Shown here: positions 47,887-61,826 of the stretch, in pieces | Position numbering within the stretch: position 1 is the first letter of the stretch | How the letters are laid out: each line of letters starts with the position of its first letter | NCBI RefSeq assembly: GCF_009914755.1 | Contig: NC_060931.1 | Reading direction: 5' to 3' (one strand) | Length of the DNA: 64,000 nucleotides | Source: the human T2T-CHM13v2.0 reference genome, Homo sapiens | Notes under the pieces: model-generated | Told to the model about the DNA's origin: nothing | What the model saw: the letters and a program-made list of their open reading frames with translations, nothing else | The model's database searches: none | Program-made: the position numbers and the translations under genes

Positions 47887-47928
47887 ACACACACACACAC
47901 ACAGACACACACACACACACACACACAC
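47887..47928. repeat. Interrupted (AC)n microsatellite
   Basis: (AC)8 AG (AC)12. Confidence 0.95.
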
Positions 47929-49360
47929 GGCAAAGTCCCAGCCATCAAAGACTTGTAGTTTTGTCAGATTTATATTTTCTTATGAAGGTTATTATCAGAA
48001 GTCCTGGGAAATGGTTGTTATAACTTTCCTACCTAGAACTCTGCCCCTTGTAGTCATTTAGCGTTTATCAAACATTGAGTACTGTGTGGACCAGGCTCTG
48101 TGCTGGGTGCTCTGTGTTGGCTGATGGAGGATTGAGACACAGTGTGTGTGCTTGTAGGGAAGAGGTTCCCAGAGCCTGGAGCACCTTGTCTTAGCAAAGT
48201 TTCTATTTCTCTTCAATGTAACTATGTGGAAGGTTTGCTTTGTGTACAAATAGACATTTATTTTTTCTTCCTGGTATTAAATAGTTTATGAGAAACAGAC
48301 AAACTTGTAAAATAGTCTTCAATCATAAATGAAAGCATATTTTAAATAATTAAAAATATAATAAGACTTACTTAGGTCTTTCCTCTGTTCTTGACCAGGG
48401 TGGAGATCTTCATTATCAAGTTTCCTGTAACTAAAAGGGAACAGATCGTCTGAGATCTTGCTCCACTTGTCCTTGAGGGTTATTAAGGTTTGTGTGTGAC
48501 TGGGCGTTGGATGGTCCTTCATGATATCAGGGAAGGTTGACAGATGGCCTCCCTCCAGCAAGGGAGAAGGTGCCATGAAGACTGAACACTGCATTGTTCC
48601 CACCAATACAGTTTGCGCCAGTATAGTTTCCCAGACCACAACTGAGGAAAGAATGTGCTCAGCTCCACTCCTCAGCAGAGCCAGATGCCCAGTACAGCAG
48701 AAACAGTGTACCTGTAAAGTTGCCTAGGCGACATCGGGAGTGGAAGGAAGAGTAGACAGAATGATTTATGAGGGTTTCTTGCCATAGGAATGGGTCTAAA
48801 ATTATACTTCCATGTCTTTTCCTCAAGAATAAATGACACAGGATTTATCAAGGGGATTGTGATACATAAAACCTCAAGACCTTATCAGACCCCAAGGAGA
48901 CCAGGGCCAAGGGCAAGGAGAGGGGCAGCAGAAGCAACAAATGAGGAAAAGAAGTGCTCGTGCTGTGCTTTTAATCCTTGATCGAACTGATGCTCTGCCT
49001 TGATGTAAAACTGATTTTTAAAAAACATGCAAATATTGTGTATTTAAAATAGGACTAGAAAAAAAACCACTTACTGGGTGAAATGAAGATATTTTATTTC
49101 CATATTAAAAAAACAGCTCCTCTCAGCATCTACTTTAGTATTAGCACATTTGCAAAGACAGTTACATGCCAGCATGTGAAATAGCATGTCATGGTAGCAG
49201 AGGGAGAACTTGTATTTTATTTATGAACAATCGGGAAAGAAACGCTCGGGGCACATAGAGTTGGTGTATCTTAGCACCCTTTCTCGGCATACTGCAATTA
49301 GCCAGCATTATCAGATGTCAATGTTGATTTTTATTTTCATGAATTATTATGTTGGTGATG

Positions 49361-50049
<689 letters not shown>

Positions 50050-51070
50050 GGGTCATTCTGAGGAAAAGTTCTTTCATTTTAAAAGCTGTGCAATCTGGAA
50101 ATCTGTTTGAAATTAGCAGGAGTGTAAACTAAGCCATTAGAGCTTCCATTTTTCATTCCCTTGTCCTTTGGTAAATGAGGAAGGGCAGAAGTAAAGTTGC
50201 AGCCTTACTTAATAGATGCTGACAGGAAGGAAGAGAGAAGTTAGTAAGGTTGAAAGAACAATGAAATGAGAGAAGATGATATTCTCTATTATCACATGGA
50301 AAAATACAAATGATGGATTAAACTATTCCGGTGTGTTCCCTACCTTACTTTGGAGGTCTGAGAAAACAGTCTGAGGCGAAGTCCCTGCTAGACTAACTTA
50401 TCTCGTAATGTGCTTTCTATAGAAAAGCACATTTTCAGTAACTAAATCAGAAATGTTGCTTTGCATGAAATTGACAATTTCTTAATCCACCCTGATAGCC
50501 CAGTCTTCGGGCCTGGAAGGTACTGTGGCCTTGAATATTCATCCCTTGCAATGAAAACATTGCTAACCAGCATGCTTAGGTTATGGTTTAGGCTTTAACA
50601 TGGCTTATGTCATAACCATAAAAAGACTTGAAGAAAAGGAATAAACAGGATCACAGGTGGTTCCCATATGGCCTGTGGCTCAATTGATTGTTCCCACGGT
50701 ATCTGGTAAGGCAGTAATCGGAGATTTAGGAGCACATGTTAGACTTCAGGGACATTTCTTTGCCTTCTAAAATGGCTGCTTTCAAAATCACCCTCAGGTT
50801 TAGTACTACCCCAAGCAACTAGAATCCAGATAAAAGGACCCTTCTATGAAATGATTCTTCATTTGTTTTGTAGGGCATCCATATTTCACAGGACTAATCA
50901 CAATGTGGATGTTTTACATCCTGGGCTGTACACTGTAGCACAGTGCTTGGCACATAGAAGATGCTCAGTTAATGCTAATATGACAGCTACTACTACCATT
51001 GTTAACATTTACACATTCAGCTCAGTCTCCCCTGCATTCTACAACTATAGTAATATAAGATGCCAAATCA

Positions 51071-51431
<361 letters not shown>

Positions 51432-51869
51432 TTAGGCACTTTATCTACAATATTATGTTTAGCTCTTGTGACAACTATGCAAGATAGGTATTACTTTTAA
51501 AATTTTATAGACAATGAAACAATCTCAAATGTACACGAATACTTTTTGTAAAGAGATTTTCACCCACATTGATTTACCAAGAAAGTAAGTAAACCAAAGC
51601 CCCCTATTCTTTATCTTTTTAGTTGGGCCGCATTGTCCATCTAGGCATTGCATAAACTTGTTAGAGAGAAGTCCTCCAAAAATCATTTTGGTAATTTTGG
51701 GGAAGACACACAGCTGTCCTGATTTTTAGAAGTGCTATTTGGATCCATGTTAATTTGTCTCATCATAGTGGAAACTGAGACTAGCCATTCACTACTAGTC
51801 AATCAATATTCCATGTATTTGTATACAGTCACTTTAGATAGTAATTTCACATATCTAATTCCCCACCAG

Positions 51870-52260
51870 TGCCTTAACTGCGCTTCACTTTCCTTCCCTG
51901 GGCATTCACCCTCAGGCCCCAGGGCTGCGGTACTCTGCATGGAATGGCCTACCGCTCTACCCCTCACTGTTCCCTAGTCTCTGCAGCCATCAGTAACTTT
52001 ACCTGGTTAACTTTCTATTCAGCCTACAAGTCTCAGATGAGATGCCTTTTCTTGGCAGAAATTTTTCTTGATCTTCCATTCCTTTTGGTGCCCTGTCCCT
52101 TATAATTTCCTCGTGTGTCCTTTCCCATTTGCTTATCCGATGACTTGCTTCTCTCACCCATTGGATTGTGAGCCTCTTGTGGTCAGGGGCAGTGCTCTGT
52201 AAGCTGCTGTGTCCCCAGAATCTGGCCCAGTGTAGGCACTCAGCAGCTATAGACTGATGT
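51870..52260 (+). mobile_element. L2 fragment
   Basis: ctcaggccccagggc...gattgtgagcctcttg...tgtgtccccag...gtaggcactcag. Confidence 0.65.
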
Positions 52261-53339
52261 TAAGAGAAAATGCACATTTCATCTCAGCCTCAGAGCAGTT
52301 CTGGGAAACAGATAGGAAACCAAAGCTCTGCAAGAACGTGGGACTCTCTCAGGGCCATCACAACACTGTTGTTGGTCTCATGTTTGGTGACTGGGTCTCC
52401 TATTCCTGGTCTCTTTCCTAGGCATAATGCTTTTATATAAAGTCCCTTCCATTGTTTTTTTGTTTGTTTTCTTTTTTCAGCCTAAATAACTTAGTTTCTC
52501 TAAACTTTTCTCCCAGGGACTCTTTTTTAACCCTTTGAATTATTGCTGATTATTATCTTAATAACTTTTATTTTTTTTCCATTTTGCATGTCATATTTTA
52601 GCAAAGCATTAAAAGGAACACGGCACAAAGCACACCCATATTTTTGGATGCTGTGGATTTCATCATGCTGCTTATTCCATTATATCTAGTCAGTACCTCC
52701 AAGGCATTAATGCTGCCTTACCTCCTTCATTCGAAGACTTCCCTGTGCAAGGTGGAATATACGTAAGGAGGCAAACAGACTGGGTTATATGCCTGCTCTG
52801 CTTTACAGAGGCCTCTTCCAGGAGTGTAATACGGGGGTTGCTCATACTCTGAAGAAGATAGTGGCAGGCTATTACTGTCATGAGAGCCAGAACGTGGCTG
52901 GCTTCTTACAGACATGGCTTCATAGGGGCATGCCACGTGATTCCTGAGTAAGCCTTCTGGTGTGAATTCCCTGCTCACTGGGGTGATTCTTCACTTCCCA
53001 CAGTTCAACCTGCTGTATTATCCTCTTACCTATGCTTTTCTGTGATCCATAGAGGTAATTTAATTTTCAGTCCATGTACCTACCCTGCCTACTTAGTTTC
53101 TTCTCAGTGCCACACTTAATTCCTTCACATTTACTGATTAATTAAATGAGAAGACTATGCCAGGTGAAGGTTCAGCATCTTCAGAACTCTACATGATGCA
53201 TTCCCTGAGGCTGCCTTTCAATAACTGAGGTGATATTCTTTGAGCAGTGTGACCTGTTAGAGGTGCCCAGTCAGGTCCGATGAAAAGCCCTCTGATTTGT
53301 TGAAATAGTGCATTAGTAAAGTATTATAGTTTATTTTCA

Positions 53340-53855
<516 letters not shown>

Positions 53856-54946
53856 CTAATGACTTTGATGAAGCTAGGCAAGATATTTTTTGGTTTTAGG
53901 GCAGTTTGGGCTATAGTTTGCAGCCTTCCTAATTTAATAGAAGAATTTTTAAACTAGATTCTCCCCCTTCTCAGGGTGGCTTTCTGCCTTTCCATTCTAG
54001 TGCTTCACACAGAAATGACAAGCTCACAGGGGACTTATCTAGAAAAGGCCGAGATAAAAATAAGTACAATGTTAAAAAAATCTATCTTATAGTATCATTT
54101 ATTTAGAGCTTCCTCTCCTTTTCTAATGAAAGGCTGCTGTAGTTTCCTTTTGTGCTTTTTTTGCTGAAGGCTTTTCAGTAATATTCCCGTGTGTCCCCTG
54201 TGATGCTAAAAGCATGAGCTTGGGGGCAGGTTGACTGGCATTCAGGTCTTTGCTCAGCCTCCAGCCGCAAGACAAGGCGAATAATATTGATCTCATGGAG
54301 CTGAAATGAAAATTAACTTTTCTAATCTGTGAAAATGCTTTGTTATAATCCTTAAATACATGAATACATAGGTTGAAATAGCAAGTACCAAGTGCTGACA
54401 TTATGTCCACAATTGCCACATGCCATGTCCTTATGATTTTTGCCAGATGTTTAATAAGATTATAAATGAATAGGTTATTAAATGGGCATCTCCTACTCTC
54501 TAGGTGTTTCTGTTTCTGCTTCTCTGTTTTCTGTTTGTATCTCCATTTATTTTAATGCCTACCATTATGTGAAGTCTGCCACCTTCCTATACATGGATAT
54601 ACCAGAGAAATACATTTTAATTATTAATTATTATTGATATATAATCTTAAAAACAAATGAATGGAATCTTTATTTTTAATCTCTTTTAAAAAAACTCAAT
54701 TTTTTTTTTCACTTACTGATTAAATCTTGAGTCTTTTGCCTCCAGTGGATCAGTGATTTTTCAGCAGAAAATCTTTCCTCTCCATTGCTTTGTGCTTTTG
54801 TTGCTAGGCAGTCAACAGCAGGGCTACTAAAGCACTTCTAATTTAGACAAATCTTTTCCTCTATTTTAGAAATGGATTTCAATGGTGTTCAGTTTGTTTG
54901 CAGAAACCTACTGAAAGGTATATGGTACAGATATGAATGTTTATAA

Positions 54947-55274
<328 letters not shown>

Positions 55275-55461
55275 TCTGCTGACTTTTAAAAAAATAACAG
55301 GGAATGTGGGGTCACTCATAGTGTGGAGGGAAATTTTGAGAATTTTAAGCACCTCTGAATCATATTGGCAGTTATAAGCTGTAGGGGTGTTTTGTGCACA
55401 TTTGATTTTTTTTCCTTTTAAAAAATCTCCTTCCTTCCACGAACAAACTGTTGCATGGGAA

Positions 55462-55525
55462 ATGACATATCACTATATATATATATATATATATGTATGA
55501 CATATCACTATATATATATATGACA

Positions 55526-55588
<63 letters not shown>

Positions 55589-55592
55589 TTTT
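55462..55592. repeat. Compound repeat [ATGACATATCAC-(TA)n] x3 followed by poly(T)
   Basis: Three atgacatatcac units, each followed by a TA run; last run (TA)24 at 55532-55579. Confidence 0.95.
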
Positions 55593-55879
55593 GATGGCCA
55601 GGCAAAGCCTCCTCAACTCAACTGTAGCTTCCTCCTCTTACCTCGCAGTAAGCTGATGACTACTTCTGTGCCTTCTTCTACCTTCCCGGAAGTTCCAGGT
55701 CCATTTAGTTCGAGTTGTAAATATTGACTGAACACATTGTGTTAGTCCAGTCTCTTGTGATTGCAGATGAAATACCACAGGTCAAACAAATTCATTTAAG
55801 AGTAGGTGCAGTGGGAGGCGAGCTTATTGAGAGGATGCTTGGGTGGCACGAAAGAATGGAACCAGTGTACCCTTCAACA

Positions 55880-56302
55880 TCCATGTCTTTGTTGCTCAGT
55901 CTCCTAACCTCCTCAACCCTTGCATCTGCTTGGAAAGGCCCATGCTGTCTCCTTGGCATCTTGAGGCAGGTCCTTTCCTCTGTTTAGATTGTCCTCCCAT
56001 CCCTCCTCCTGTCCACTTTGGTTTGGTTAACTTTTAGTTATTCTTCAGGATTCAGCTGAGATGTGTCCATCTCCTGGACTTCCTCCCTGCCACCCAGCCT
56101 GGGATGCATCCCTCTTAACATGTTTTCATAAAATCCTACACCCAGGACCAATCTATGCACTTATGTAATAGTTGCTCATTTGCTTGTGTGTTTCAACTGC
56201 ACTTGGTCTTCTAGAGAGTGGGAACTGTGTCTGATTCATTCTTTCATTTTTTACCCATTGTCTCATTCATAAACAGAGAAAAATATTTGTTGAATGAGTG
56301 AA
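55880..56302 (+). mobile_element. L2 3' fragment
   Basis: attcttcaggattcagctgagatg...aaatatttgttgaatgagtgaa. Confidence 0.7.
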
Positions 56303-56647
56303 CGTGGGATCTCTGTTCATTTTGGTATATTACTTTGCTTTCTGGGCTGAGCTCAGGACAGATGCCAAAGCCTTTCCCTCTAATGACATCAAAGCCCTAC
56401 TTCTAAAACCAGACTGGATGTGATTCCCTTCTACAAACAGATTCAGTAAAGAAATGTGAATACTCCCACAAAAAGCCCAGTAAGTATGTGGTGGTTTTGA
56501 TAATAATAAAAGTTTTGTGTAGTATCTAGATATAAATAACAATGACTTAAAATATATGTATAAAATACTTGTAAGTGAACCCTAATCAGTGAGCAACAAG
56601 GTTAACTGAATAGTGGGTATGAACAGAGTGGTCAAGAAGGTGCCTGG

Positions 56648-56708
56648 GCTACTCTGCCTATGGAATAGCCATTCTTTATTCCTTTACTTTCTTAATAAAC
56701 TCACTTTC

Positions 56709-56745
<37 letters not shown>

Positions 56746-56750
56746 AGAAG
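56648..56750 (+). mobile_element. Retroposed 3' end of an LTR-terminated (MER41-like) transcript with poly(A) tail
   Basis: 63-bp ctgcctatggaatagccattctttattcctttactttcttAATAAActcactttc segment, then A33; TSD aagaaggtgc(c/t)tgg at 56634-56647 and 56751-56764. Confidence 0.8.
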
Positions 56751-56883
56751 AAGAAGGTGCTTGGCAGTGAACATTCATTTTTAGAGGTTTATTTTTCATT
56801 TATTTCATTGACTCCATTTATTTCGATGACCAGTTTAAAAACCTTTTAAGTAAGTTGAAAAAAACCTTTTACTCATCATACAC

Positions 56884-56920
56884 TGGCCAAAACCACAATT
56901 ACTTTTGCACCAACCTAATA
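56884..56920. mobile_element. MADE1/Hsmar1 solo terminal inverted repeat
   Basis: aaaaccacaattacttttgcaccaacctaa-ta is the reverse complement of the Hsmar1 TIR with one CpG transition. Confidence 0.85.
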
Positions 56921-57428
56921 ACTTGTCAATTTGTCCTTCCTTCTTAGGGGTAACCATAGTATAATAATCTTTAATAACTATTTAATATATTAAATATAGC
57001 TATTTTCAGTTTATTCTAAGGTTGAAATACTGCTTGTTGATGCATCAGGGACTCTGATGTGCAGGTCCCACAAAATGTGTAAGAGCACCTTCTCTTTTTG
57101 GCTAACAGTTTTGTAATCAACTTTGATTAAACTCTTCCATGGTTATGAATCCATGAAAACCGTTATCAACAATTGTTTTGGGAGTTAGAAATTACAAGTA
57201 CTCTATTTTCTTGTATGTAGCTTTTTTCTTTCAGTATATATTACTTGACACCTAGTATTCTGAGCCTATGTAATGGTGAATCATTTTAATGGGATCTTAC
57301 TATGGTTCTAAGAATTATCATCATCAGAAATAAATGATTTTACCAGAGAGAAAAATGAAAGAGCTGGTTTTACTGACATACTCATACATTCCTTGTTCTT
57401 CTCCCTTTCTCTCTCTTTTCTTTTTCAG

Positions 57429-57511
57429 TGAGCATGTTTTTGAACACATTAACACCGAAGTTCTACGTGGCCCTAACAGGCACTTCCTCACTAATATCAG
57501 GGCTTATTTTG
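57429..57511 (+). CDS. ST7: ST7 (suppression of tumorigenicity 7) coding exon 2, 83 nt, phase 1 to phase 0; encodes (V)[27 protein letters not shown]
   Basis: Branch point TACTGAC 57371-57377, ~38-nt pyrimidine tract ending CAG at 57426-57428, donor G|GTAAGT at 57512-57517. Translation tg|agc atg ttt ttg aac aca tta aca ccg aag ttc tac gtg gcc cta aca ggc act tcc tca cta ata tca ggg ctt att ttg matches the recalled ST7 N-terminal region. The very long upstream intron favours ST7 over the paralogue ST7L. Confidence 0.93.
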
Positions 57512-57856
57512 GTAAGTGGTGGAGTCCTTCTCATTTAAAAACATGCTGATTAGTAATATGTGTATTAGTGTATGTACAGTAAAAAACTCTGGAAGAATAT
57601 ACACTAACAGGTTACAGTGATTATCTTGCACATGTATATATGTTGGGGAGTGGACTCATAGAAGCCTTTTACTACCCCATTATATTTCTGAAATATTTGA
57701 AAACAATTTAAGCAATCGTATATTACTTTGTTGAAGGGGAAAAACAAATGTAAATGAAATGGAAAATAAAGGAAGACATAATTCTCTGTCAAATTTTACT
57801 ATCTAAGATATTGTAAAATAAATGTAACTCAGTTCAACTAAAAATCATCAATATGG

Positions 57857-58156
57857 GGCTGGGCGCAGTGGCTCACATCTGTAATCCCAGCACTTTGGGA
57901 GGCGAAGGCGGGCAGATCACTTGAGGTTAGGAGTTTGAGACCAGCCTGGCCAGCATGGTGAAACCCCATCTCTACTAAAAATACAAAAAAAATTAACCGG
58001 GTGTAGTGGCACATACCTGTAGTCCCAGCTATCTGGGAGGCTGAGGCAGGAAAATGGGTTGAACCCGGGAGGCAGAGGTTGCAGTAGCCGAGATCGCGCC
58101 ATTGCACTCCAGCCTGGGTGACAGAGCAAGACTCTGTCTCAAACAAACAAACAAAA
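57857..58156 (+). mobile_element. AluS
   Basis: Full dimer with (CAAA)n tail. Confidence 0.92.
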
Positions 58157-59004
58157 CCAACGATCAAAATGGAATATTGTACAAAATCAAGATCAATAGA
58201 AATATAGCTTAGTTTTTTTTTAAATGTATTGACATGGATTGTGACAATTCTAAGTTTTTTTTCCCTTCATCTTCTTTTCTTTCTAAATTTACATTTATTT
58301 ATGCATTGCTTCCTTTAAAAAAAATCCCTAAAATGCAAAAAAGCAATATGATTATCATTTGTATGGCTCTATTACCTTATCTTTGTAACAGTTGCAGGTG
58401 TGCTAAATGGTAACACTTGAAGTAGTTAATTTTAGTGGCCTCAAATGGGGACCATCTAAACTCAGTGGGACTACTCTAATAGAATTAAATGACCTTTAAG
58501 GCAAAAAGGTTTTAGAAAAGCTTTTTTTCTCTGTACCCATATACTTGTGATTAAATTATAGAAACAAGCATAAGAAAAATTTTACAGAGTTGATGTTAAG
58601 AGAAGTGGATGATCAGAAGAAAAACAGAAAAGCTTTAGAGAAGGGTGCAAACATGTGGAGCAAAGAGCATAAATGGACCTAGAATAATGGTGGATTTCAG
58701 AAGCTTGAGCTTGTGAGGAGCCAGAGTAAAAAGATGAAGAAATGTATGGAGGACAGAAACCTGCAAACAGAGGAGAGGGATGATGGCAGTGTGGGGAGGA
58801 TCTTTTTGTGTGCAGAGAACATCCAGGTTCATCTTGCTTTGCTGTGTCATATGGATTGTTAAACTCGTGGCATGAGATGTTTAAAGTTGGTGTTAAATGT
58901 CCTCCCACACATCTCCATTCCGAGTTTCAGGGTCCCACTCTTTTCCAATTAATGCCCTCACTTTAACAGTAGATACCTGGTGAGCCTGAGCATGTACCTA
59001 TCAT

Positions 59005-59498
59005 TGCAGGTCAGCCACTCACATAAGAGCTTGTGTCTGATTTTCCACAATTTCCAGCTCTTTCTCTACAAGAGATGAGACTCTCACTAAGGGCACTCTT
59101 AGAAGATTCGAAGCTCAGTATGTGCTTCTGGAGCCAGGAGTTAGAATCCCTGAGTTCGTTGTTTTCATCACCTTGTCCAGTGAACTTAGGAGCAACCAAC
59201 CAACTTCATTATATTCCTTGGTTCTCCACATATGGTCAAAGGTATTATGTGTAGAGTTGCTAAACTCTTTGCCTCTCAAGAGTGGTGAATCAGGAGTATC
59301 AAATGCATTTATTTTGCATAACTCTCTAAACAGTTCACGCCAAGGACTGTCAGTGTTCTCCATACTATTAGAAGTAGAGTCCTTAGCATTTTTGGGTCTA
59401 ATTATATTAAGCAGCCAACTCCAGAAACCCCAAAACCAACTAAAGAAATCTATCCTCAAAATTCTGTTTCTCTAGAACTACTTCTGGTACTAAAAATC
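59005..59498 (-). mobile_element. HERV-L/ERVL internal fragment: leader and frameshifted gag N-terminus, no adjacent LTR
   Basis: Minus strand begins gatttttagtaccagaagtagttctagag (ERVL-int start); ORF 59115-59459 (NTDSPWRELF...GWLLLSSLDKVMK) continues in another frame (NELRDSNSWLQK...LSESLISC). Confidence 0.85.
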
Positions 59499-61826
59499 TG
59501 TTTTGGATAAATGAAAATCCAACTAGAAAGCCCAATGCTGGCTGCAAAGACCAACCCAAGTTGAGGTGAAGCATATTAAACTTCCTCCTTAAAATGGGTT
59601 GAAATAAGGTATATGCGATAATTTATACCATGTCGCCTCTTAAATACTAATCTGTTCACCTGTATGTGTCTCTGAAGTTTTCCCTGTTCTTTAGAGATAT
59701 GAGAAAAATAAAGACCCTGTAGAAAGTGGCTCCATAAAGCTATAAAGCTGGTCACTAATTTATTCCATGTAAGGACTGTATTTTATTCTGAGATTGTGTC
59801 CTTCTTACTTTTTAACGTTAAAATTTTCTTCTGAAATGATGGTGATAGTGTATGGTAGTGTTATTTTACTATTATTACTTTGCAAAGAAGAATATAGCAG
59901 CAGCCCCACATTGGTCTTCACATTTGTCGGGGCGGGGGCAGGAACTCTTGGCTTCAGAGAACAATCACCTCAAAAATTTACTTCTACTTAACCTGTTGAG
60001 GAACAACGTAAATTGTCCAAATGGGAAATAGTAAAAATATTTGAGTCTGACCTAGAGCAATGAATGGAGAAGAGAAAGGCTTTAGATAATCTCTTCAATC
60101 TAGGGGATTGAGGGCAGAGGAAAATTATCTAAGAGAGGATTTGGTGGACGGAAGCCAGCAGAAACTGTTTTGCTAGAAAACCACAGAAAAAATTGTGGTA
60201 AGTGCTGAAGGTATGGGAATGAATCTCTCAATCCAAAGGTTTCTAACTTTATTAATTAAAAAATATTTTCATTAGGAGGCAATATACTTATTATTTAGAG
60301 CTATGTAAGAAACTATATTAATATATTGAGAATTACATGATATCCAGAGAGGACAAGGAGTAGACAGAAGATGATGAGAGAAAGTAATGAAAAGGGGAGA
60401 TCAGTTTCAGTGAGATAGGTGATAGAAGAGAAAACCATGAAAAAGGAAGAAGTCAAGTGAGCCCTGTTTGCAGACAACATGATCTTATATTTAGAAAAAC
60501 CTAAAGACTCTACCAAAAACAGAACTGATAAACGAATTCAATAAAGTTGCAGGATACAAAATCAGCATACAAAAATCAGTAACATTTATATATGCTAACA
60601 GTGAACAATCTGAAAAAGAAATCAAGAAAGCAATCCCATTTACAATAGCTATAAAGAGCATAAAATACCTAGGAATTAATTTAATAAAAAAAGTGAAAGA
60701 TGCATACAAGGAAAACTATTAAACCCTGATGGAAAAAAATTGAAGAGAACACACAAAAAATGGAAAGATATTTTGTGCTCGTGGATTGGAAGAATTAATA
60801 TCATCAAAATGACAATACTCTGTGAATAAATTTTATAATACTCTGCACATAAATTTACTTATTTAATGCAATCCCTATCAAAATACCAATCACATTCTTT
60901 ACAGAAATAGAAAAAAAAATCTAAAATTTATGTGGAACCACAGAAGACCCTGAATAGCCAGAGCAATCCTGAGCAAAAAGAACAAAACTGGAGGCATCAC
61001 ACTATCTGACTTCAAAATATTTTACAAAGTTATAGTAACCAAATCAGCATGGTACTGGCATAAAAACAGACACATAGCAATGGAACAGAGTAGAGAGCCC
61101 AGACATAAATCCACAAATTTACAGTCAACTCATTTTCGACAAAGGCACTGAGAACGTACATTGGAGAATGGACAGTCTCTTCAATAAATGTGCTGGAAAA
61201 ACTGAATAACCATATGTTGAAGAATGAAGCTGGACCTCTATCTCTCACCATATGCAAAATCAAATCAAAATGGATTAAATACTTAAATCTAAGACCTGAA
61301 ACCATGACACTGTGAAAGAAAACATTGGGGAAATGCTCCAGAACATTAGTCTGGGTAAAGACTTTTTGTGTGAGACCTCAAAGCACAGGCAACCAGAGCA
61401 GAAATAGACAAATGGGATTATATCAAGTTAAAAGGCTCCTGCACAGCAAAGGAAACAATAAAGTGAAGAGACAAACCATAGAATGGGAGAAAATATTTGC
61501 AGGCTATTCATCTAAGAGATTAATAACCAGAATATATAAGGAGCTCAAATAACTCAATAGCAAAACCGCAAATAATCCAATTATAAAATGGGCAAAGATC
61601 TGAATAAACATTTCTCAAAAGAAGACATGTGAATGGACAACAGGTATATGAAAAAGTGCTCAGTATCACTAATCATCAGAGAAATGCAGACCAAAACCAC
61701 AACGAGCTATCATCTCACTACAGTTAGAATGGCTTCAAGTGATTCTCCTGCCTCGGCCTCCTGAGTAGCTGGGACTGCAGGCATGTGCCACCGTGCCTGG
61801 CTAATTTTTGTAAGAAGAAAGGGTGT

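Noticed and set aside
57334-57549. Supplied 71-aa ORF (MILPERK...) overlapping exon 2
   Set aside because: Wrong frame, and it runs through the pyrimidine tract and donor; the ST7-matching frame is the spliced one.
60313-61552. L1-region ORFs as a functional ORF2
   Set aside because: Fragmented by stops and frameshifts, RT motif mutated (FADNM), and 5'-truncated.
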